This document shows, one piece after another, positions 51,828 to 60,982 of a DNA stretch of 64,000 bases; within the stretch, counting starts at the first letter, position 1; every line of letters starts with the position of its first letter. The translations under genes were made by a program, and so were the position numbers. The stretch is from a virus, in the IMG/VR virus record IMGVR_UViG_3300001688_000312; one strand, given 5' to 3'. A model generated the notes under the pieces. The model made no database searches, was not told the DNA's origin, and was given only the letters and a program-made list of their open reading frames with translations.

Positions 51828-52397
51828 TCAATTATATATTCGTATTTTTTTATAGAACGTTATTGGGGTAGATTTACCATCAATATTCCACATTGATGTA
51901 GTCAACATTTCATGTAATGTTTTTTGACATTCAAAGCATGGAGTAAATATTAATGAACTATTATATTTGGTCACAAAATTAAGTATCAAACCATACATTA
52001 TTATATTTGGTTCTTTAAGATAACGTCTTAATGATACATTATTTGAATGTGAATTATCAAAAAACATAAAAACATCGTCTGTATTAGCATTAATTAATTC
52101 ATCAATTTCGTTTTGACAATGTTCACATGGCGTAAACGTTGAAGATATAAAATTAAGGCGAAACTCATAAAACTGTTTTAATATCGTAACTTTTTCCACG
52201 CATTTATCACATACCTCATATTCTTCACTATCTACATTATAATTTGGTTTATAATGATAATGATATGGTTTAGTAGATTTAAAATTTTCATAACACCATA
52301 CACATTTAACTTCTTCAGTATGTGGAAAATCAATTTTTACTAGTAGTTCTCTTGGAATATCATACTCTATCTTAGTAATTCTCATATTGCATACCAA
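51828..52397 (-). CDS. multi-CxxC hypothetical protein
   Basis: four CxxC motifs. Confidence 0.55.
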   Translation of the reverse strand: MVCNMRITKIEYDIPRELLVKIDFPHTEEVKCVWCYENFKSTKPYHYHYKPNYNVDSEEYEVCDKCVEKVTILKQFYEFRLNFISSTFTPCEHCQNEIDELINANTDDVFMFFDNSHSNNVSLRRYLKEPNIIMYGLILNFVTKYNSSLIFTPCFECQKTLHEMLTTSMWNIDGKSTPITFYKKIRIYN

Positions 52398-52443
52398 TAA
52401 TTAATATAGATAATATAACAAATATATAAACATTAAGGTTTTG

Positions 52444-52881
52444 TTATTTGTTTGATTTAAGGTTAAGTTTAGCTTTAAGCCGAGCATTATATTGAGTTAA
52501 CAACATTATTATTGATAAACATATTATTCCTACACCTATCATACCCATACACCAACCGATAGCCGCAAAAGTTAACATAGTATCCATAAGTTCACCAACA
52601 CTACATTTTAGTAAAAAGTCCTGTGCAGGAACAACATGATATGCTGGAATACCGTTAGCTATTAAGTCCTGATAGAACGTCAAGTTATCATGGGCAGGTT
52701 TCCAAATAAACGGTAACGCAAACAAGTCAATTTGCCATAACGCATGTAAAACCAGTACCCCTGATAATGCAACAAGAATTATACCTATAATTATCATAGT
52801 AAAAATTTTTGTGTATTCGACAGCAAACTTTTTTGTACCTAATAATATTGATTTAGCCCTATTCATATATAAACCTACCAA
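52444..52881 (-). CDS. membrane protein
   Basis: two long hydrophobic segments. Confidence 0.65.
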   Translation of the reverse strand: MVGLYMNRAKSILLGTKKFAVEYTKIFTMIIIGIILVALSGVLVLHALWQIDLFALPFIWKPAHDNLTFYQDLIANGIPAYHVVPAQDFLLKCSVGELMDTMLTFAAIGWCMGMIGVGIICLSIIMLLTQYNARLKAKLNLKSNK

Positions 52882-52955
52882 TATGTTTAATAAATATAAC
52901 GGTATAACGATATAAATATTTCTATGTTACTATATGTTTATTGACAAAAAAGGGG

Positions 52956-53477
52956 TTATTGTTGGGTAACTACGGTTCCAACAACTTGACTGTATGTAGT
53001 TTCCACAATAGTTTCTGACTCTACTAAACTGCCAATAACTAAATCGTAAGTCATAACTCTATTAGCTGTCTGCGGTATAGATGTTATAGTCCACGATAAT
53101 GTTACTTTAACAGTTTGACCTGCATTTAACTCGTTAGGTGCATCCCAATTAATCTCCGACACATCATAAAATGCATCTTCATTCCAGTTTTCTTGGAACA
53201 TAAATAAGGTTACAGTTTCATCTCCAATATTTTTAATGTAAACCTCTTTATATACTGCTTGATTAATTGTTAATGTACCCCAATCAAGTGTAGTTACAGG
53301 TTGAGTACATGCTTCGTCATGGTACACTTCGATTTGACCTTCAACTCTGAGGTTACCGTTGTTGTGTATCCATACTTCGTTGTTTACAGCCGCATATATA
53401 ATACAGGTTGATAATATCGCTATAAATACTGCGGCTATGCTAATGTTTCTTATATGTTTTTTGTCCATATATGTCAC
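52956..53477 (-). CDS. secreted/membrane-anchored Ig-like protein of Bathyarchaeia type
   Basis: signal helix then VY.D..CT..VT.(L/I)DWG.L.......VYI.N.G...VTL....NW. Confidence 0.65.
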   Translation of the reverse strand: MTYMDKKHIRNISIAAVFIAILSTCIIYAAVNNEVWIHNNGNLRVEGQIEVYHDEACTQPVTTLDWGTLTINQAVYKEVYIKNIGDETVTLFMFQENWNEDAFYDVSEINWDAPNELNAGQTVKVTLSWTITSIPQTANRVMTYDLVIGSLVESETIVETTYSQVVGTVVTQQ

Positions 53478-55224
53478 GTTATACTATATAATACAACCTG
53501 AATTTATACGTTAATGTTTATGTGTTACACAAAAAAACACTTAACGATATAACATTCATACATTTATTTTATTAAGTCTTCTATTCTGTTAATTTCGGAA
53601 CTAATAAATTTGAAAAATTGTTCTTTAGTTATGGGGTTAGATATCGCTAAATCTAAAGCGGTACGCAAAGTCATATTAGATGAATATATGTTAAGAAATA
53701 ATCTAAGTTCATCTTGATGTTTATTTAACGCAGCTTTTATATTTTCACCCATATTCATTCGCCTTATAAACGTGTGGGTGAACATAAAGTATTTAAGTGT
53801 TTTTATGTATATGTACAAGATAATAATTAGCTTACATATCCTACAACACAGAAATATGTTAATTTTCCATCATTATTATTTTCGGGTCTAAAAATCATAC
53901 AATTAACCGTATACTCATAGTTAAAATAATGTAATGTAAACGTTTCATTATTTTCATATAAGCCTCATAAATATTCTGTTACTTCATCATTATCTGGAAA
54001 TAATTCAAAACTATTTTGAAAACTTCCGTTAACATATATAGTACCATTATATGGAAATTGTAAAGGTGAATGTACTTTAAGAGTGTACACTACATCGTTA
54101 TCTAATATGAAACATTCTAACATATTTTAACCGTTATTACTTATTTTTTTTTGTTTTACGATAATTTTTCCACTTATTAGTTAAAGCTATTCGCACTGCA
54201 CATTCATGACAAAACCCCGTTGTTCCCTTCTTAGATATATGATTCTCTTTACATATAGGACATAATGGTCTTTTGCCAAAAACGTCATTCATAACTCTTT
54301 TATGATGTATAACTTTTATTACTTCGCCGTTAAACTTCATATTGCATCAGGTAGACAAGCTAAACATCAATGAATATAAACGTTATCAATACAAACTATA
54401 TATTTAATACTACTCTAGAAAACATTAATAATTCATTTACTGTTTCAGCGCATTTTAAGTCGTTATCTAACAATTCCCAAAACTTTCTCCATCTATACGG
54501 ATTAATGTCTGTATATGACTTATATTTCTGTACCTCTATATTTGACCAAAATCTTGTCCATCTATACGAAAACATTTCAGGATACATCATTTCACCCTAA
54601 TTAATTGGAGTCTGCGGCATGATTTGAACCTACATAAATGGTTATTTACTTACATAATCTATTTGCAGACCATTGATTAAACCATTCATCCACGCAGACA
54701 TATACTTAAAACAATGTTGACTGTTTAGGGGTATTTTTTTCTTTTCATCTTCACATGTTTTTAATGCTAAAGATTCATTTATTCCGTCATCTTCGCCGCA
54801 ATCTCTAATGCCGTAATGAACACTCCATTTTAAACACTTACCACAATAACCATTACATTTAGTCATATCTAATCCCATATTACTCCTATCTGTGATATAA
54901 AAAACATAGTTATCAATCCTAAGATTACAACACCACATCCTGTACCTATATCAAGTTGACCTAAAGCGGCAAACCCAAGTAGTGCTATAATTATAACAAC
55001 AAATATTGTCATATAACATTGTATTTTTAGTTTATCTTCCATATATTTTTTCTCCCATCATATCAGTTAAGCTTGACAACCTACATGCCACACAATAAAT
55101 ATAATCAGACGGGCAATAGCCGCATAAACTATGTTCACATTCAATATTTTTATTGAACCTACATTTAACCATAATATTACCATAAATTATGTGTTAATTA
55201 TGATATATAAATATTAATGTTTAT

Positions 55225-55302
55225 TGGTGGACAGGTGGCGATTTGAACGCCAGACATCTTGATTGCAAATCAAGCATTCGTACCAAGCTAAACTACCTGC
55301 CC
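55225..55302 (-). tRNA. tRNA-Ala(UGC) with encoded CCA
   Basis: acceptor GGGCAGG/CCTGTCC with G3:U70, anticodon arm CTTGA-TTTGCAA-TCAAG, T arm TGGCG-TTCAAAT-CGCCA, A73-CCA. Confidence 0.93.
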
Positions 55303-55371
55303 ACGATTTCAGAAACTATATGATATTTAAATAATATTTTATTTTTATGAAATTGAAATAAAAAGTTAAAG

Positions 55372-55472
55372 CGGATACTCCGAGAAGTTGCACTCGGACC
55401 TTACAGGTTCTGCAAAAAAGATATTTATCTTTTCTTTGACAGTCGTATATGCCTCTTTCACACTAAGTATAC
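55372..55472 (-). tRNA. intron-containing tRNA-Asp(GUC), partly degenerate; 29 nt intron at 55408-55436
   Basis: GTC anticodon, C38, G73; CTGT/GCAG 4 bp helix between two 3 nt bulges; 9 bp intron stem; mismatches at 2:71 and 31:39; 8 nt T-loop. Confidence 0.75.
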
Positions 55473-55479
55473 ATTCTAT

Positions 55480-55803
55480 TTATTTTTTAATTATTTCTTT
55501 TTCTCCGTTCATCCATCCTTCCTGAAAATCAGGCTTTTTAGTGGAAACTTTAACGGCATATTGTTCTACGTCAGACCAATCCATATTGTTTTCTGCCCAA
55601 TCAATAATGTCATAATCGTCTTCAGCATTCATTAATTCTTCGAATTCTCGATTATATATTTCTTCATCTGTAGATTTCTTATCTGCTCTATATTCGTCCT
55701 TAATGTTTGCATAATATCTTCCTTTATGGTCTGCAATTACTCTAACTGGAACATCCCATTCAGAACCATCATCCATTACCGTTCTAATAAATTTTTCAGT
55801 CAT
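55480..55803 (-). CDS. acidic conserved phage-type protein
   Basis: M.DGS.W.VP...IA...DWA.NNM.W.DV motif. Confidence 0.65.
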   Translation of the reverse strand: MTEKFIRTVMDDGSEWDVPVRVIADHKGRYYANIKDEYRADKKSTDEEIYNREFEELMNAEDDYDIIDWAENNMDWSDVEQYAVKVSTKKPDFQEGWMNGEKEIIKK

Positions 55804-56528
55804 AATTATCACTAAATCATAGGTTCTATAATTCTACTACAACCAAATTCTGTATTGTCATTAAGGCAGCGTCCAGTTTTCTTATCAAACTTCCACGGTT
55901 TCTCTTCACCGTCATCAAGATAAATAAAATCTTTTGTTTCTTTAGAAACTTTTACATTTGAATATGACACTACGCCTGCACAATAAAAACCCATTTTTAC
56001 AGTTCTATTTTTCATGTATATATCCCCTAATTAATATTTCATAGTAATACGTTTTGGAACCCAATATCTAATCCCGTATTTTTTCAAGATGACATTCTTG
56101 TACTACCATAGCTTTCCAATTTAAGCCCATAAGATAATCTGTTTCTCTACGACTTAAAGATATAATCCACATATTAGCAGCAGGAATTATACCATTGGAT
56201 GCTTTACCGAGAATTTCACCTTCACCTATAATGTCTTCAGTAACTTCAAATCTTACATAATTGCCAACTTTTAGTTCTCTATCCATAATTATCCCTATAG
56301 TTAGATATTAAACGTATTATTTAAACTTATGGCTTTATTTTCTCTATACTGTTTCCACCTTGCTGATTGAGTTACTCGTGAGGCACATCTTTAGTTGGTA
56401 TAAATCTTGGAAGCTGTAATGCCACATTACTAATTTGAGCTTGCTGTTTAGGCGAAGACATTTTCCAATCAATATTTATTAAATAAACATAAGTAGCATC
56501 TTCAATAGTGCATATTTTCTTCATGATA

Positions 56529-56906
56529 TCACTTCTTTTTTGATTTTAAATTCTTGGTATATTCTAAAGATTCGGGTGTACGTATAAATCCTAAGCAAGT
56601 CAATTTATTCTTCGTATTTTCGGTAAACCCACTATCAATAACATATTTAACACCTAATTCTTCTTTATGGTTATTTAGCAAATCGAACATATAATCTTCA
56701 GGTGCATAAAGGACAATATTTCTGCCAACAATTGCTGTATTTGGACCTTCTAAATGAGGTTCTGACATATCTACGCCTAATTGTATAGCTACATGAGCTA
56801 CCTGAGAAGCCATTTTTTCAGGACTCATGTTAAGGTCTTGGTTAACTATAAAGACGTAAGTTATATTTAAATCAACTTCGGCTTCGTTTTGCAATAACTT
56901 CGTCAT
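56529..56906 (-). CDS. pth2: peptidyl-tRNA hydrolase, Pth2 family
   Basis: V..DL.MS..K.A.Q..H and D.G.TE......T.LG motifs. Confidence 0.82.
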   Translation of the reverse strand: MTKLLQNEAEVDLNITYVFIVNQDLNMSPEKMASQVAHVAIQLGVDMSEPHLEGPNTAIVGRNIVLYAPEDYMFDLLNNHKEELGVKYVIDSGFTENTKNKLTCLGFIRTPESLEYTKNLKSKKK

Positions 56907-57491
56907 ATTCTTTATCTCCTAACCACTTTCCTATATACTGTTTCCAAAATTCAGTTTGCTTATTAGCCTCTTCTTTAGTTAGGTAATAATCAGCGTCACC
57001 GTAACCCTCTCCTAGCGTTTCATGACAACAAGCACTACGTTCAATATAACCTTGGAAACTTACCCACTTATTAGGGTCATCGTCACTTGCCTCTATATCA
57101 AAACACATGTCACTAGAAACACAGCATGTTTCTATTTCCATATCTTTCTTGCCACATAACCAACAATCCATTAATAGACACCTAACTTATTGTGTTTTTA
57201 CTTTATTAAGTTTGGCTTCAAGTTCGAAATTTCTTTTAGATAATTTCTTATTTTGATTCATTATTGGTTCCATAATCATTTGTAGTGTATCGCTCATGAC
57301 TTCTAAATCAAAATAGTCAAATTTCTTAATTGATTCGACTATAGCTCCATTCATATAATGCATTTCCATATGACGTTGGTATATGTACAAATCTCTGAAT
57401 TCATCAAATCTTATAACTATCTTATCTTTATTTTGATATATAATTTCCATATTCATTCCCCTACACATTACACTTTCGTAGTATTTAAAGT

Positions 57492-58058
57492 TTAATCTTC
57501 ATAAACCTCATCAATATCAGTTTCTAACATATTAATATAATTTTTTATAATACCAATTAAATGTTTTTGGTTCTTTCTTTTTTGTAACTCTTCATCTGTA
57601 GGCATTAAACCATATACTTCAGCCATAAATTTATCATGACTCATCATATTTTTCCATACGTTTAATATTTCTACACTTATACATGATGACGGTAATAATA
57701 ATTTATAATATCCACCATTATATTTAATTAGCTCACGTAAAGGGGTATTTAACCTGTTATAACTATATGACGGCGTAGTAACTACAAAAATAATTCGGTC
57801 TTTAATAAATGGAAATATATCTAAAAACTCTCTTCTATCCATAGCATCTATTTCGTCAATTATTATTTTTTTCGCATTAATACCTCTTAACTGACTCATA
57901 CTACTAAATATCCTTTTATGTAATTCTTTAGGGTAAAGGGATTTATTTTTTTCTGTATGAACTATTGCATATATTTCAGGGTCTTCTTTCATTCGTTTGA
58001 TACATTCAGTTGTTTTACCTGTACGTCTTCCACCAATATTAATTTCCATAATTACCAC
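57492..58058 (-). CDS. terminase-large-subunit-like ATPase domain only
   Basis: Walker A GRRTGKT, Walker B IIIDE, TTP coupling-like motif, F..E..G lid-like end; no nuclease domain. Confidence 0.6.
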   Translation of the reverse strand: MVIMEINIGGRRTGKTTECIKRMKEDPEIYAIVHTEKNKSLYPKELHKRIFSSMSQLRGINAKKIIIDEIDAMDRREFLDIFPFIKDRIIFVVTTPSYSYNRLNTPLRELIKYNGGYYKLLLPSSCISVEILNVWKNMMSHDKFMAEVYGLMPTDEELQKRKNQKHLIGIIKNYINMLETDIDEVYED

Positions 58059-58112
58059 TCTTGATAATGTAATATATAATATAAGAAATATATAAGTGTT
58101 ACCTAAAAAAAA

Positions 58113-60014
58113 TTAGGTGATTTTGTTCCATTTACGAGTAGTAAACTCTAACTTCTTCAGTCTGTTCCATGCAGACACGTTAGTAAAGTAACCAACTATA
58201 CGTGTTACCCAATCAACATCTATTGAATTACATGTTGGACACTGCTTATACACACCCATATTAGTATGACCATCTTTACATACAGTAAATCCAGCGTTAA
58301 AAGCAAACTGTTTGAGATTTGAATTTTCAAGTATTTTATTAGTAAAGTCATACAATGCATTAGGGTCAGGTTTACCATCTAAATTAATGTGTGAAATGCT
58401 TCCGCCAGTACAGTCTTTTTGTAGTTCACCTTCAATATCAATTCGTTTAAATACGTCTATATCATAAGATAATGGTACAAACTGATTATCGTAAAAGTCA
58501 TACGAACCTTTGAATAATATCTTATCTTTTTGTGCTAATGACCCTGAAGCTGACTCTGCTGGAATTTCTTCGATATTAAACATTACACCTAATTCCTGTG
58601 AATATTCAACTGTCTTTTTCTTCATAAACGATAATATCTTTTTAGCCATCTCTAAACCGTCAGGTTCAATAATTTTTGTACCCATAATTTCTATAGCATT
58701 AGGTAAACCAACAAAACCTATAGTACTAAAGAAATTCTTGTTAAGGTCTAGGTATTTCTTGGCAAAAAAGTAATGATATTTCAATCTACGTTTAGATAAT
58801 ATTTCTACTCTATGAATATGAAGTATTTCTCTAGCTTTATCCATACGTTTCTCTAATATACGTAAATATTCATCCATGTTACCTTTAGCTTCATAAGCGA
58901 TACGTGGCAAATTGATAGTTACAACCGCATGTGAACCAATCTGTAAAAAGCTACCGAATGTACCATTAGTATTAATTTTAAGTAAATCTTCTAAACTAGG
59001 TTGAAGTCTACAGCACATACTTAAAGATTTCAAGTTTTCATCATAACTGTTAAGAATATTTAAGTGACATAAATTAGCATTGTCTTTAAGTATCTCTTCC
59101 CATATTTCGGGGTATTCACGTTTAAACGATTTTTCAGCTACCAACGTAGTTACGGGGAATCTATAAGGCAACCCTTTAGGTTTACCATTACCACCAATTT
59201 GTCCTTTAGCAATAAATCTAGCATAAATAGTTTGATTACGCATAATTTCATCCATCAAATCATCGATTTTACTATCTGTACCCCATAAGTAATTTTGGAA
59301 CATAAATCGCATCGTATCTGGACCTAGTATAGATACATTAGAAAATGGACTTTGTAATCCAAGTCGCATTTTATCGTTTAAACAAAATATTAAATTTTGT
59401 ATATCGTTTTCTCTTTCTTTATCTGTGTATCCAGATTGCTTCATTGTGAAATATGAATAGTTAGGGAAAAAATCTGTTAAAGCGGTTGCCCCTGCAAAAC
59501 AATTAGCGGCATATTGGATATATTTACCTGTTTGATTAATAAATGACGATGGACGTTTAGGTGGATTACTTTTTAAATCATTAAATGATAATCCATCAGT
59601 CAATAACGGATAAAGAGATAACCCAATACAATAACATGTTTCGAAAAATGATAAATTATGTATATATACGTCACCATCGATAAAAGATTTTACCAAGTTA
59701 TCTCCATTATTATTAATTTTATTACCATACTTGCGTATTAAATACAAACCAGATAATTTGTTAATTGGAGTTGCCATTTCTGAAATTAAATTAACAAATG
59801 ATTTATTATATCCAGTGTTACCCATATTAGCGTTAGGGTTAGATGTAACTTCTTCAGTTGGTTTACTCCAATATGTCTTTTTAAATTCAAACGTATTAAT
59901 TCTAGCTAATCCATCTATTTCTAACATTTTAAAATCTTTATCTAACATGTAATTTGCGAAATCATTATCTAATACTTCTAATATTTTTCTAAACTCTAAT
60001 TCTTTCTTATTCAT
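58113..60014 (-). CDS. nrdD: anaerobic (class III) ribonucleotide reductase
   Basis: YIHNL...YC, Q.PF.N, SMCCRL, VVTINLPR, E.PAES, C-terminal Zn site and RIVGY glycyl-radical motif; no obvious ATP cone. Confidence 0.92.
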   Translation of the reverse strand: MNKKELEFRKILEVLDNDFANYMLDKDFKMLEIDGLARINTFEFKKTYWSKPTEEVTSNPNANMGNTGYNKSFVNLISEMATPINKLSGLYLIRKYGNKINNNGDNLVKSFIDGDVYIHNLSFFETCYCIGLSLYPLLTDGLSFNDLKSNPPKRPSSFINQTGKYIQYAANCFAGATALTDFFPNYSYFTMKQSGYTDKERENDIQNLIFCLNDKMRLGLQSPFSNVSILGPDTMRFMFQNYLWGTDSKIDDLMDEIMRNQTIYARFIAKGQIGGNGKPKGLPYRFPVTTLVAEKSFKREYPEIWEEILKDNANLCHLNILNSYDENLKSLSMCCRLQPSLEDLLKINTNGTFGSFLQIGSHAVVTINLPRIAYEAKGNMDEYLRILEKRMDKAREILHIHRVEILSKRRLKYHYFFAKKYLDLNKNFFSTIGFVGLPNAIEIMGTKIIEPDGLEMAKKILSFMKKKTVEYSQELGVMFNIEEIPAESASGSLAQKDKILFKGSYDFYDNQFVPLSYDIDVFKRIDIEGELQKDCTGGSISHINLDGKPDPNALYDFTNKILENSNLKQFAFNAGFTVCKDGHTNMGVYKQCPTCNSIDVDWVTRIVGYFTNVSAWNRLKKLEFTTRKWNKIT

Positions 60015-60026
60015 ACATTTACGCCT

Positions 60027-60416
60027 TTAATAGTTTGTTTTTTGTCTATTTATATTTACGCCCATTTTTTTATTATAAGCTTCATAGATATCTTTTGCCG
60101 TTAATCCTAAACGTAGCCAACAACCTAATAGAAAATGAAAAACATCAATTGATTCCTCTAATATTTTATCTTTATTTTGTTTTTCGAGTAATCTTAAATA
60201 ACTATCGATTTCTTCTTTTTCTTGAAAATGACCCCAAGTGTCTAAGTCAGTTAGATACTTTTTCCACCATTTCCCACCTGATATAGCCCATAATTCTCCT
60301 GATTCAGTCATCATAGCTGAAGCCCACATATGGACTGGTACATTGTAATTATATTTCTTTTGGAAATATTCTTGTGTAGACAGTATATTTGTTAATATAT
60401 CAAACATATAGTTCAC
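60027..60416 (-). CDS. dimeric all-alpha dUTPase / MazG-like NTP pyrophosphatase
   Basis: E..EL...KWWK...EE.ID..HF...Y..K...N..RQ. Confidence 0.82.
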   Translation of the reverse strand: MNYMFDILTNILSTQEYFQKKYNYNVPVHMWASAMMTESGELWAISGGKWWKKYLTDLDTWGHFQEKEEIDSYLRLLEKQNKDKILEESIDVFHFLLGCWLRLGLTAKDIYEAYNKKMGVNINRQKTNY

Positions 60417-60513
60417 CTAATAAAGTATTCATTATAATATCACATAGCATATATAAGTATTATTGTTTCAAAAACCGTTTTCTGTAACATAATATTTATG
60501 TTAAAAAACTATT

Positions 60514-60894
60514 TCAGAAAATCTTTATTGTACACAAAAATGTATATATGCTAATACTTGATATAATTAACCCTGCTATTGCAGCAACCCATTTAACTAA
60601 TTCCATTCTACCTTTATATTTATTTTTGGTAGCTATATTATGTTCCCGAAGGGATTTACATTCATTACGTAATATTTCTAACTGTCTACTATATAATTCA
60701 TGTTCATGATTAACATGTAACGTTAAATTATTCATAGACTCTTTATTTTCACGTTCGGTTTGTTCAATAATCTTAATTATACTTTCATGGGCTTTATTGT
60801 TTGATTCACATATTTGTTTATTACTTTCTACCAAGTTACGTATGTCAGCTTTTATTGTGGCAATGTCTTCAAAGATACGTACATTATTTTCCAT
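60514..60894 (-). CDS. coiled-coil protein with C-terminal TM helix
   Basis: heptad-rich body, hydrophobic C-terminus. Confidence 0.6.
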   Translation of the reverse strand: MENNVRIFEDIATIKADIRNLVESNKQICESNNKAHESIIKIIEQTERENKESMNNLTLHVNHEHELYSRQLEILRNECKSLREHNIATKNKYKGRMELVKWVAAIAGLIISSISIYTFLCTIKIF

Positions 60895-60982
60895 AACAAG
60901 CCCTCGGTGAATATAAAAATTGTGGTAAAAATAGTATTTAAATATTTCTATTATTTATAACTAATAAAAAATATTTTTATAT

